DNA of 51,450 nt from Patescibacteria group bacterium (GTDB lineage: Bacteria > Patescibacteriota > Minisyncoccia > Phycocordibacterales > JBBUBG01): NCBI GenBank assembly GCA_040384765.1, contig JAZKIQ010000003.1, positions 1 through 51,450 on the forward strand, in the 5' to 3' direction. A model generated the notes under the pieces. It was not told where the DNA came from. It worked only from the letters and a program-made list of their open reading frames with translations, and made no database searches. This document shows, one piece after another, positions 16,499 through 25,191 of the stretch. The position numbers and the translations under genes were made by a program. The stretch's first letter is position 1; every line of letters begins with the position of its first letter.

Positions 16499-16528
16499 AT
16501 AATAGCATACTATTGACTACTTTGTCAA
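16499..16528 (-). promoter_or_regulatory. Sigma70 promoter of the ribozyme operon
   Basis: TTGACA(16523-16528)-N18-TATTAT(16499-16504) with an extended TG. Confidence 0.6.
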
Positions 16529-16553
16529 GTACTCTGCAGCGTGAGATTTAGGT

Positions 16554-16587
16554 ACTAAAAAATGGCTCTATTGAGCCATTTTTTAGT
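16554..16587. terminator. Terminator downstream of tRNA-Arg
   Basis: ACTAAAAAATGGCTC-TATT-GAGCCATTTTTTAGT. Confidence 0.75.
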
Positions 16588-16595
16588 CATATTTG

Positions 16596-16667
16596 TGCCC
16601 CTGGGAGGAATTGAACCACCATCTACCCCTTAGGACGGGGCTGTTCTATCCGTTGAACTACAAGGGC
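16596..16667 (-). tRNA. tRNA-Arg(CCT)
   Basis: GCCCTTGTAGTTCAACGGATAGAACA-GCCCC-GTCCTAA-GGGGT...GGTTCAATTCC...GGGGCA. Confidence 0.9.
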
Positions 16668-16674
16668 ATTTTCT

Positions 16675-16962
16675 TTACAACGTAGCTAGAATATCACGGT
16701 TATCTTCCTTGGCCACTTTATTCCTGCGCTCGATTGTGCACTTCGCACAGCGATACAAGATATCGTGCTCGCCGCTTGCCATCTCCTGCCCTATCGGCTC
16801 CATGAGCCCACCGCACGTTTCTGCTCTGTCACCAGGAAACACATCTACATGCTTTGACCAAAGGCACTCTGGGCAATGGTTTGTGTACCCATTCCCTTTT
16901 ACTTCGAGCCCGCATTGCTCACATATAAAATCTTCGATTTTCCGCTTGAATTGGATAGACAT
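16675..16962 (-). CDS. RNHCP domain protein
   Basis: FICEQCG...TNHCPECLWSKHVD..PGDRA..CGGLM. Confidence 0.9.
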   Translation of the reverse strand: MSIQFKRKIEDFICEQCGLEVKGNGYTNHCPECLWSKHVDVFPGDRAETCGGLMEPIGQEMASGEHDILYRCAKCTIERRNKVAKEDNRDILATL

Positions 16963-16977
16963 GGTGGATACGCCAAA

Positions 16978-17427
16978 TTAATTTAAAAAGTTTTTAAGGA
17001 GAAACGGCGAAAGATACGGTTTTAACATTTCTCGCTCCTTCTCGGAAAGTTTTTTAAAACCGGCAATCCTTCCTTTGCATGCACGGGCGGCACATAGGCA
17101 ATCAAAAATATCTTCACCATCCCAATCGCTCGTTAGGTAGTTGTAGGTAATCTCTTCATCGATACTAATATTTCGCATCGCCCTGAGCTCGAGCGCACTC
17201 CATCCTATATAGGCCGTAGGATCACAGGAGTGGTTGAGAAAATTTTCTGGAAGGTCAGGGTTTGTACTCAACTGATGCAGATCGAGGTCGACCCGCAGGG
17301 TTTTGTTCGTCGGCTTCGATACAAAACTCTGCTCAAAGGTAAAGAGTAACTCCTTTGGCTGGAACTGCTTAAGCGCAAACAACCCATATCCAGCGCCTTT
17401 TCTTCGCACTTCAATTCTTCCAGACAT
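16978..17427 (-). CDS. SET-domain protein-lysine methyltransferase with post-SET
   Basis: GYGLFA, FLNHSCDP, EEITYNY, CLCAARACKG. Confidence 0.9.
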   Translation of the reverse strand: MSGRIEVRRKGAGYGLFALKQFQPKELLFTFEQSFVSKPTNKTLRVDLDLHQLSTNPDLPENFLNHSCDPTAYIGWSALELRAMRNISIDEEITYNYLTSDWDGEDIFDCLCAARACKGRIAGFKKLSEKEREMLKPYLSPFLLKNFLN

Positions 17428-17433
17428 GGGAGC

Positions 17434-17511
17434 TTACGCAGTTTTTACACTACCAAGAAGCGCAAAGACCAGAAGTGTAATAGCTACAATCCAATAAAAT
17501 TCTCGTTGCAT
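17434..17511 (-). CDS. Possible 25-aa hydrophobic peptide
   Basis: MQREFYWIVAITLLVFALLGSVKTA*; ATG overlaps the tRNA CCA end. Confidence 0.25.
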   Translation of the reverse strand: MQREFYWIVAITLLVFALLGSVKTA

Positions 17512-17584
17512 GGTGCGGGATAGGAGAATCGAACTCCTGCCTCAACCTTGGGAAGGTCGCGTCCTACCACTAAACTAATCCCGC
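17511..17584 (-). tRNA. tRNA-Gly(CCC)
   Basis: GCGGGATTAGTTTAGTGGT...GACC-TTCCCAA-GGTT...GTTCGATTC...TCCCGCACCA. Confidence 0.95.
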
Positions 17585-17838
17585 ATATTGTAATTTTCCA
17601 AACGGCGCTTTAAATATCCTCTTCCAAAACCTGTCTTGAGCTGCTTCTCTCTTATTAACGCATCTGTCTTATCTAGACAAGCCTCGTAATACACCAGCAC
17701 AACTGAAGCAAACTTTTTGGTTGTAGTTACTTCTTTTCTTAGGTGCTGAGCCAACCTTTTCTTTAGATCAGAGGTTGATCCGACATACAAAATCTTCTGC
17801 TCAAGATCTCTACATTCAAGTACATAAACATAGTGCAT
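17575..17838 (-). CDS. GIY-YIG nuclease family protein
   Basis: YVYVL...LYVGSTSDLKKRLAQH...LVYYEAC...REKQLKTGFGR. Confidence 0.92.
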   Translation of the reverse strand: MHYVYVLECRDLEQKILYVGSTSDLKKRLAQHLRKEVTTTKKFASVVLVYYEACLDKTDALIREKQLKTGFGRGYLKRRLENYNMRD

Positions 17839-17854
17839 CTTAAAATCTCATGTG

Positions 17855-17944
17855 ACCACTACCCGCCAAAAACTTTTTGATAAAAGTATTTGGGCGGGCC
17901 CGTCAAAATGGGCAAAGCCCTTTTGTCGGGAACTAATCCCGCAT
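17855..17944 (-). repeat. Duplicated tRNA-Gly 5' end split by a 69-bp double-hairpin insertion
   Basis: ACCACTA (17855-61) + AACTAATCCCGCAT (17931-44) equals 17566-17586; CCCG...CGGG hairpins lie between. Confidence 0.8.
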
Positions 17945-18307
17945 TTACCAAAACTTCCACCACGCTTTCTTTGGGCTTGTCGTGGCAACCGTCGTGGTCG
18001 CCTCGTCCACTAGTATTACCACCTCTTCGCCAGGGCGCGCAACCTGGAAATGCGCACGCACCTCCTTTTCGATACCACGATCTGTCGAAAGACTCGTGGT
18101 CTCTTTCTCAAGCTCACCTGTGCGCTCGAGGAGCTTCTCGTGAGCTGTCTTCGCTTGAGCAAGCAGGTCTTGGGTACGAGCGTATTTTGTGTACGCCCCC
18201 CAAACACCCTTCGCCAGGAAAAGGGTTACGATGAGAAGCAGGATAAGGACGGGTATCGAGTAGATCGTACGCCTCACCTGCCTGCGTGCTTGAAAATTCC
18301 TCGTCAC
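17945..18307 (-). CDS. Septum formation initiator (FtsB/DivIC-like)
   Basis: TM + coiled coil + GIEKEVRAHFQVARPGEEVVIL. Confidence 0.85.
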   Translation of the reverse strand: MTRNFQARRQVRRTIYSIPVLILLLIVTLFLAKGVWGAYTKYARTQDLLAQAKTAHEKLLERTGELEKETTSLSTDRGIEKEVRAHFQVARPGEEVVILVDEATTTVATTSPKKAWWKFW

Positions 18308-18328
18308 TCCCTCATACTACCAAAAACA

Positions 18329-18433
18329 ATGCTATTCGACCCAAGATACCGCAAACGCTTCCAGCTCCTCTGGTCTGCCATATCAGTACTCATCATCCTC
18401 TCGATGGTGCTTCTGTACGCAGTGCAGTTTTAA
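18329..18433 (+). CDS. Small single-TM protein (34 aa)
   Basis: MLFDPRYRKRFQLLWSAISVLIILSMVLLYAVQF*. Confidence 0.5.
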   Translation: MLFDPRYRKRFQLLWSAISVLIILSMVLLYAVQF

Positions 18434-18479
18434 AAAACAGACCGCCCTCGTGTTGGGGCGGCCATTACTAGGATACAAA

Positions 18480-18716
18480 TCACGAACGACCGCAGGGGCT
18501 CCGCACAGACGGAGGCGAATAGACCCAACAGGCAAAACCCGCGATGCTTAGACACATCCACGCTAAGCTTTTACCTTGCGTGCACATGAGCCTATCCGGC
18601 GCGCTGCCGCAATAGGTGCAAAAGTTACACACGGCACCGATCAGACCGGCAATGTATGCAAGCGTGCCGAGCGTGGACAAAACAGTCCCGAACATAAGCC
18701 GCACATAACCCATCAT
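18480..18716 (-). CDS. Small Cys-rich membrane orphan
   Basis: GAGGTGA upstream; two hydrophobic segments; downstream hairpin at 18440-18463. Confidence 0.45.
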   Translation of the reverse strand: MMGYVRLMFGTVLSTLGTLAYIAGLIGAVCNFCTYCGSAPDRLMCTQGKSLAWMCLSIAGFACWVYSPPSVRSPCGRS

Positions 18717-18830
18717 TCTCACCTCTATTCATCACCTTAAGAGATCCCCACGAAAAGGCAAGGCTCACTCTTTAGCTACTCAAAGCAGACAGTTTACTAT
18801 CTCAGCCCGCAGTATTCCCAACCCAGGCAA

Positions 18831-19009
18831 GTGAGACGCGACGTTTTGAAAACATCTGCAGGAAGCCTTTAAAAGAAAGGAGGGGTTCGGTTCCGAAAAT
18901 AGTGGTCGCCGGACACGAAGTGCCGGCGGGAACCACGGCCATTTTCGAGAAACGAAACCGACTATTCTTTTTTAGGACTCCGAAGCCGTTTTCAAAACAA
19001 CGCTCTCAC
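18831..19009. repeat. Long rod-like inverted-repeat element (MITE/REP-like)
   Basis: GTGAGA..GTTTTGAAAAC / GTTTTCAAAAC..TCTCAC arms with nested pairing. Confidence 0.55.
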
Positions 19010-19014
19010 GAGCC

Positions 19015-20808
19015 CTACTCCTCTTTCATTACTTTTAGAAACACATCGTTTGGAATGTTGACGCGGCCGACCGCCTTCATCTTCTTCTTCCCCTTCTTCT
19101 GCTTCTCTCGCAACTTCATTTTTCGAGTAATATCGCCACCGTATAGATAGTCGGTCACATCTTTCTTAATACCGCTCATAGCACGCGATGCGAGGATACG
19201 CCCCATCGCTTTTCCCTGAATCTTGAAATCAAACATCTGGCGTGGCAAAAGGTTCTTGAGCCGCTCCACCACATCCTGCGCCTCTCGCTCTGCTCGCGCG
19301 CGGGTCACAATACGCGAAAATGCCGCCACGCGGTCCTCTGCCACCAACACATCAAGGCGCACCACATCTGCTTCGCGAAGCCCGGAGAGCTTGTACGAAA
19401 GGGAGGCGTACCCAGAAGTGGTGCTTTTGAGCTGGTCAAAAAAGTTGCGCATCAGCTCGCGCAGCGGCATCTCAAGGAGTATCTCGTTGCGATTGTCACC
19501 GAAGAGATCTATCCCCACCACATTTGCCTCATGTTCATGGAACATCACCATGAGGTCGCCAAGATATTCCGGGGGCGTGATGATGGTCGCGATCACCCAC
19601 GGCTCGAATATCTTTTCAATATCGTTTGCTTCTGGAAAAAGAGCGGGGTTGTAGATGATCTCGCGCTCACCACCCGTGCGTACCACTTCGTAGGTGATCG
19701 TCGGGCTCGCAATTACGAGCGAAAGGTTATGCTCGCGCTTCAAGCGCTCGCTAATGATCTCGAGATGAAGCATGCCAAGAAATCCGACACGAAACCCTCG
19801 CCCAAGCGTACCGGAGGCCTCCTCCTCAAAAGAGAGCGATGAGTCAGAGAGCTTGAGCCGCTCGAGTGCCTGTCGCAGGAGCACGAAATCGTCCTGGCCC
19901 TCGGGATAGATCGAAGCCCACACGAGCGGCTGCACCTCCTGATAGCCTGCAATGGGCGGCAGCTTGTCGTGTTTATGGGTGAGCGTATCACCCACCGATG
20001 CCTGAATCGCCTTTTTGATACCGGTGACGATATAGCCAATCTCGCCATGCGAGAGCGAATCACAGGCAGTTTTTTCCGGAGAGAACGTCCCCACCTCGAG
20101 CACAGTAAACGACTCTCCCAGTGCACAAAAGGTGAGCAGGTCGCCCGTTTTAATACTACCGTCGAGCACACGCCCATACACCACCACCCCTTTATGCTTG
20201 GAATATTCAAAATCAAAAATAAGCGTCCGCGAGCTCCTTGTCTCGGGATAATCAGACACAGGCGGCGGCACACGCTCGATCACAGCCGAAAGCAGCTCGA
20301 GCACCCCCTGGCCGGTCTTCCCAGACACCTCAAGTATCGAGCCGTGCGACACCCCGAGAAGCTTTGCAATCTGGTCTTTTGTTTCGTGCACCTGCGCAAA
20401 CGGCAGATCCACCTTGTTGACGACAGGGATAATGGTAAGGCCTGAGGCACGTGCCATCTCAAGCACAGTGAGTGTCTGCGCCTGCACGCCCTGAGTGGCG
20501 TCCACGAGAAGCACAGCGCCTTCTACGGCCTTGATCGCACGAGACACCTCGTACGAAAAGTCGATATGGCCTGGGGTGTCGATCAGGTTGAGTACGTATG
20601 GTGTGCCGCCCACGGTGTGGTCCATCCGCACCGGCTGCATCTTGATAGTGATGCCGCGCTCACGCTCGAGATCCATCTGGTCGAGCACCTGCTCGCGCAT
20701 CTTGCGCTTTTCGATCGTACCCGTGATCTCGAGCATGCGGTCCGCAAGCGTCGACTTGCCATGGTCGATGTGGGCTATGATGCTGAAATTTCTAATATGG
20801 TTTTGCAT
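19015..20808 (-). CDS. lepA: Elongation factor 4
   Basis: IRNFSIIAHIDHGKSTLADR, DTPGH, NKVD, YGGDITRKMKL...QKKGKKKMK. Confidence 0.98.
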   Translation of the reverse strand: MQNHIRNFSIIAHIDHGKSTLADRMLEITGTIEKRKMREQVLDQMDLERERGITIKMQPVRMDHTVGGTPYVLNLIDTPGHIDFSYEVSRAIKAVEGAVLLVDATQGVQAQTLTVLEMARASGLTIIPVVNKVDLPFAQVHETKDQIAKLLGVSHGSILEVSGKTGQGVLELLSAVIERVPPPVSDYPETRSSRTLIFDFEYSKHKGVVVYGRVLDGSIKTGDLLTFCALGESFTVLEVGTFSPEKTACDSLSHGEIGYIVTGIKKAIQASVGDTLTHKHDKLPPIAGYQEVQPLVWASIYPEGQDDFVLLRQALERLKLSDSSLSFEEEASGTLGRGFRVGFLGMLHLEIISERLKREHNLSLVIASPTITYEVVRTGGEREIIYNPALFPEANDIEKIFEPWVIATIITPPEYLGDLMVMFHEHEANVVGIDLFGDNRNEILLEMPLRELMRNFFDQLKSTTSGYASLSYKLSGLREADVVRLDVLVAEDRVAAFSRIVTRARAEREAQDVVERLKNLLPRQMFDFKIQGKAMGRILASRAMSGIKKDVTDYLYGGDITRKMKLREKQKKGKKKMKAVGRVNIPNDVFLKVMKEE

Positions 20809-20821
20809 TCAGAAAAGAGAC

Positions 20822-22171
20822 TTACGTGACCGTCCCAAAATCACGGGAAAAAGAGCGCCAGTGCAAACACACATTAAGTATCATGCCGATCGAAAAGGCA
20901 AGCGGGAGCGCGAGCACCGTGCCGTAGGCTTGCACGAGCACCACAGCGAGGAGTATCGTCACCACCGAAGCAAACGCATTGGCGATGACCGGCTTCCTAG
21001 TCTCCCCCGCTGCATAGTACGAGCGAGTATAGAGAAGCAAGAGCCCCTGTGCCCACAGAGAGATGAGGAAAAGCCCAAGCGCGTCCGCGGTGAGGGCGGT
21101 ATCCGCCACGCTAAACTGCCCCGTACCGAGCAGAAGATACACGAGCTGTTTTCGAAGCAAAATCCCCCCAAGAAGAAGCGGAAGCGAGAACAGGGTAATC
21201 TGCCTTCGTGCTAAGAGCACGTGTCGTACAAACGCCCCTCGTTCACCTTTCCCTATATGCTCCGAGAGCTTGGGGAATGCAGCAACAGAGTACGATACGC
21301 CAACAATCGAAAGCGGCACAGACTGCAGGTTCAAGGCAAAGTTGAAGATAGCGATTGAGCCCTCTTTCATATAGGAGGCAAGAGCGATAAGCACCAAGAT
21401 GACGAGCTGGCTCATGCCAAGCCCTGCGGTGCGAGGAAGCGAGAGCCGGATCACCTCTCGCATCTCAGTCCAGTTGATCGAGCGCGCGAGGCGAAGCGAA
21501 AACCCTGCACCACGTACAGTCGGAAGCTGGATCGCGCCATGGAGAAGCGCGCCGAGGATCACCCCCATCACGAGGCCCGTGAGCCCATAGTAGGGGTAGA
21601 GAAAAAGCGCACCCAGAATGATGCCGAGGTTGTACACCAGCGGCGCAAGTGCATACACCGCAAAGCGCCGGAGCGACTGGGTTACACTTCCAAGAAGGTT
21701 CGAGACGCCCAAGAGAAACGGAGAGAGCAGCAATATGCGCGCAAGGTGAACAAACTCTGCCCGTGCAGCCTCGCCAAAACCTGGCGCGACGAGATACGAG
21801 AGCCACGGCATTGCAACAAAGAGCGCTACCGAGACCACCGCCATCACAAAACAAAAGACCGTGAGCACCTCGGCAAGGAAGTCTGCTGCACGCTCTGTCG
21901 ACACGACGCTTTTTCCGTCCATCTTCTTGATCAGAATCGGAATAAGCACGGTCATAGAGACAAACGATGCGACCGTCACAAACAGGAAATCGGGGATGCG
22001 AAACGAAGCGTAGTAGATATCAAGCTCGCTGCCCGCACCGAGCGTATGCGCAAAGATGCGATCTCGTACAAGCGCAAGCACGCCGGAGGCAAGAGAAGAT
22101 ACACCTAAGAGAAAGGCGGCCCCATGGAGACCGCCCTCCTCTCGCGTAAATATGTTTCGTAGTCCGCGCAT
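20822..22171 (-). CDS. murJ: Lipid II flippase MurJ/MviN
   Basis: LVRDRIFAH..GAG.ELDIYYASFRIPD, APLVYNLGII, FPKLS. Confidence 0.88.
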   Translation of the reverse strand: MRGLRNIFTREEGGLHGAAFLLGVSSLASGVLALVRDRIFAHTLGAGSELDIYYASFRIPDFLFVTVASFVSMTVLIPILIKKMDGKSVVSTERAADFLAEVLTVFCFVMAVVSVALFVAMPWLSYLVAPGFGEAARAEFVHLARILLLSPFLLGVSNLLGSVTQSLRRFAVYALAPLVYNLGIILGALFLYPYYGLTGLVMGVILGALLHGAIQLPTVRGAGFSLRLARSINWTEMREVIRLSLPRTAGLGMSQLVILVLIALASYMKEGSIAIFNFALNLQSVPLSIVGVSYSVAAFPKLSEHIGKGERGAFVRHVLLARRQITLFSLPLLLGGILLRKQLVYLLLGTGQFSVADTALTADALGLFLISLWAQGLLLLYTRSYYAAGETRKPVIANAFASVVTILLAVVLVQAYGTVLALPLAFSIGMILNVCLHWRSFSRDFGTVT

Positions 22172-22179
22172 GTACACTA

Positions 22180-24573
22180 TTACCTCTTCGGTGTCGTCTT
22201 CGTAGGCTCCGGCACTGGCTCACCCGAGAGAGCACTTCTACCTGCCTCGAGATTCTTGATAATCTGCTTTACCTCAGCACTATCCGCATTGAGCGCGAGG
22301 ATCTGCTTGAACTGTTCGAGCGCACGGTCTTCGAGACCAAGGCGATCGTACGAAAGTCCAAGATAGTAGCGAGCGTTTGAGTAGCTCGAGTTGATACGGA
22401 CAGCCTGCTCAAGCGCTTCTGACGCACCTTTGTAATCTTTGTTTTCATACTTGAGCACACCCACCTGGAACCATACGCCAATATCGTTTGGCGCAAGGAG
22501 CGCTGCTTGCTCAGCATTTTTGATCGCGTTTGGAAGATTGCCTTGCTTTGCTTCGATTTGAGAAGCAAGAAAGATCAGCTCGGCATAGTTTGGCTTGAGC
22601 GCAAGGCCGTTTGCAATATATGCTTTCGCTTTTACGTTATCCCCCTTTGTATACTCAAGACGTGCAAGCTGGAAGAATGCGAACGGACTGCGAGGGTTTG
22701 TAGCCACTGCAGTGGTGTACGCTTTTCCAGCGGCTTCATAGGAGCCAGGGATCTTTGCTGGCACCACCGCCTCATACACGCGACCGAGAGCGATCCAGTT
22801 GTCCGAGTTGCCCGCATCGATCTTCGTTGCCGTGTCGGCAAAGTCGTACGCCTGTCGGAACAGCTCCGTAAACTGCGCCTGGGCCTGTTCCTGGGGAATT
22901 GTTGTATCAGCAGCTACTTTGCTAAAGCGTGCAATGGTGATCTCTGCGAGGGAGCGGAAGTAGACATCCTGTCGTGAGAGCTTGCTTGCCTTCTCGACGA
23001 GTGGATATGCACCTTCGGCGTTCGACTCTCGAGCGAGCTTCGTTGCGCCCTCTCCAAAGAGAGTCGCTGCGTAGATGCGCTTTGCGTTTACATAGGCACC
23101 CACAAGCGAAAGGATGGCAATAAGGACACTTGCGAAAATGCCAACAAATCGTGCCCGTGATGCACCACCAAACGAGAGATGAAGCGATCGAATAGCACCC
23201 ATCTCAGAGAGAAATCCGATGAACATACCGGTCACCACAAAGGCGAGGCCCAAGAGTACGTTGTCAGGAACATAGAAGAGTGCGACTGCCCAGAGATAGA
23301 GCCCGAGCACAAACAGAGTGAGTGCGTGCTCGAACCGCTCTCCGCTCCTCCCGAGGCGATACAGAGTCCGAATAGAGACAAACAGGAACCCCAACAGAAG
23401 CGAGAGCCAGGCAGCGACACCAAACAGACCCGTTGTGACAAACGAAGAGAGGATAAATCCGTAGCCAGAGCCAAAATCTGCGTTCCAGAAAAGGGACTGG
23501 TTGATCACTGCTGGCTTTGAAAGTCGCCACTCGCGTGCAAAGTTGTTTGGCCCAACACCCAGAATGAGGCTTTTGCTCGCAACTGCACGACTCATCTCGA
23601 GCGTAGCCGGCCATGAAGGACGCGCTTCGATCGAGGCGATGCCAAACTTGTTTTCAAGATTGGTGATAGCAGCACCCAAAATCTGCTGACTGCCATCTGC
23701 CCGAGTGCCGCCGAGAAGCACAAAGAGAAGGGCTACCACGAATGCAATGCCCTGTGCTGAGAAAATATTGCCACGTGAAAGGTCAGAATCAGTAAACGAA
23801 AACTTGCCAGAGATTCGATACACCAAAAGCGCAAGCGAGAAGAAAGTAAGCAGGTACCACCCGAGTGCTAGGTTTACGGCAACTGCGCCAAGGAGCGAAA
23901 GGGCAAACACGACTCGTGTCAGCTTCTTGCTCCCCGTTACGCCCGTCTCAAGCGAAAGCATCGTAAAGAGCACCATGAATACGGAGAAGAGACCGAAGTC
24001 GTTCCATTTTCCGAGCAGTGTGTCGGTCGGGCTTCGCAATACGCCTTCAAGAAAACCTGGCCATGCCAAGTGGGCAACAAATGCTGCCGCCACAATGACA
24101 TATCCCCACATAAGTGCTCCACCAAGCCGCTTGAGCGACTCTTCGGTGCGCCAATAGAGCGACGAAAGGAGCGCGACGAGCGCCCAGATAACCACCGTCA
24201 CCCCAGTCGTAACTTCAAACCCAACTCCAAAAAATGAGTGCGCAGCGGTTCCCGAGAAAAGGGTCGAGAGAATTGTAGAGAGCACCAAGAGAACTATCGA
24301 AAAGTTGAGGAAGCCGCGAGGGATATGGATCTCGCCTTTTTCGAGGCGCGAGATCACCCAGAGCGCGACAGCGATGAGTACCCCAACCCCGAGAAGCGCT
24401 TTTTTGCCAAGCTCAACGGGAAACGAAAGTGGCAACACAAAAAACGGCAACAGAAATATCGAAAGTGCAAAGACAGTGCGCGAGAGCCACTCAAAGAGCG
24501 ACGGACGCGGAAGGGCTGCGGGTGCTGCGGACTGCTCCGAAGCAGGCATCTCCCCAAACGTAGTAGGTTCCAT
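22180..24573 (-). CDS. Polytopic membrane protein (O-antigen ligase-like) with C-terminal TPRs
   Basis: About 12 TM segments, LGVGPNNF, TPR repeats. Confidence 0.8.
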   Translation of the reverse strand: MEPTTFGEMPASEQSAAPAALPRPSLFEWLSRTVFALSIFLLPFFVLPLSFPVELGKKALLGVGVLIAVALWVISRLEKGEIHIPRGFLNFSIVLLVLSTILSTLFSGTAAHSFFGVGFEVTTGVTVVIWALVALLSSLYWRTEESLKRLGGALMWGYVIVAAAFVAHLAWPGFLEGVLRSPTDTLLGKWNDFGLFSVFMVLFTMLSLETGVTGSKKLTRVVFALSLLGAVAVNLALGWYLLTFFSLALLVYRISGKFSFTDSDLSRGNIFSAQGIAFVVALLFVLLGGTRADGSQQILGAAITNLENKFGIASIEARPSWPATLEMSRAVASKSLILGVGPNNFAREWRLSKPAVINQSLFWNADFGSGYGFILSSFVTTGLFGVAAWLSLLLGFLFVSIRTLYRLGRSGERFEHALTLFVLGLYLWAVALFYVPDNVLLGLAFVVTGMFIGFLSEMGAIRSLHLSFGGASRARFVGIFASVLIAILSLVGAYVNAKRIYAATLFGEGATKLARESNAEGAYPLVEKASKLSRQDVYFRSLAEITIARFSKVAADTTIPQEQAQAQFTELFRQAYDFADTATKIDAGNSDNWIALGRVYEAVVPAKIPGSYEAAGKAYTTAVATNPRSPFAFFQLARLEYTKGDNVKAKAYIANGLALKPNYAELIFLASQIEAKQGNLPNAIKNAEQAALLAPNDIGVWFQVGVLKYENKDYKGASEALEQAVRINSSYSNARYYLGLSYDRLGLEDRALEQFKQILALNADSAEVKQIIKNLEAGRSALSGEPVPEPTKTTPKR

Positions 24574-24749
24574 AATAGTGACGGCCCTTTTTAGTGTTGG
24601 CTAAACACCTGTTCCTCTCCCCCACGGATACCGTGATGGCGAAACTGCTGCGCCGGATAAAGGATGCGGCCAGGGCCGAAAAACACGCACTTTATTCCTG
24701 CACGAGGTGCATCTCTAGTATACCCCTGAACCTTACTCATACAAAGAGA

Positions 24750-24777
24750 AAAGGCCGCCCGTGAGGGCGGCCTTTTC
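24750..24777. terminator. Terminator after RNase P RNA
   Basis: AAAAGGCCGCCC-GTGA-GGGCGGCCTTTT. Confidence 0.8.
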
Positions 24778-24781
24778 ATGT

Positions 24782-25111
24782 ACTGTATCTGTAAGCCGAA
24801 TTCTGTATCCACCGAAATGGACGATAGGCATTTATCTGGGCCTCACATTACTGTGAAGCTCGAGCGGCACTCCCTCCGAAGAGGGCACGGCCTTGCACTG
24901 AAGTAAGGATTTAGCCGTTTCACCCTCGTGTTACCACGAGGACGGTCCACGGGGGACCTCCTAGTCTTTCGACATCGGACGTTTCTGCTCGCACCTCTTG
25001 GATTACTCCAGACGGGTGTTACCCGCTACTCTCGCCACATCAATGAATTGTTGCAGCTCAGTGTTCGGACTTTCCTCTCCTGCTCTCGCAGGAGCACCTA
25101 CCCGACACAGC
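24782..25111 (-). ncRNA. rnpB: RNase P RNA
   Basis: GAGGAAAGTCC near the 5' end, ACAGAATTCGGCTTA near the 3' end, P1 GCTGTGTC/GATACAGT; TTGACT-N16-TATAAT promoter at 25118-25145. Confidence 0.95.
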
Positions 25112-25191
25112 AATACAATTATACCATAACTAACCGATAAGTCAAAAAGAAAAAACCGCCAGATAGCGGTTTTTTCTTTTCTAGCCTCTTT

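Noticed and set aside
10461-16528. Integron cassette array, inovirus or intact prophage
   Set aside because: No RYYYAAC/GTTRRRY attC pattern between genes; no integrase, Zot-like ATPase, Rep, capsid or terminase motifs; no duplicated tRNA-Arg 3' end found.
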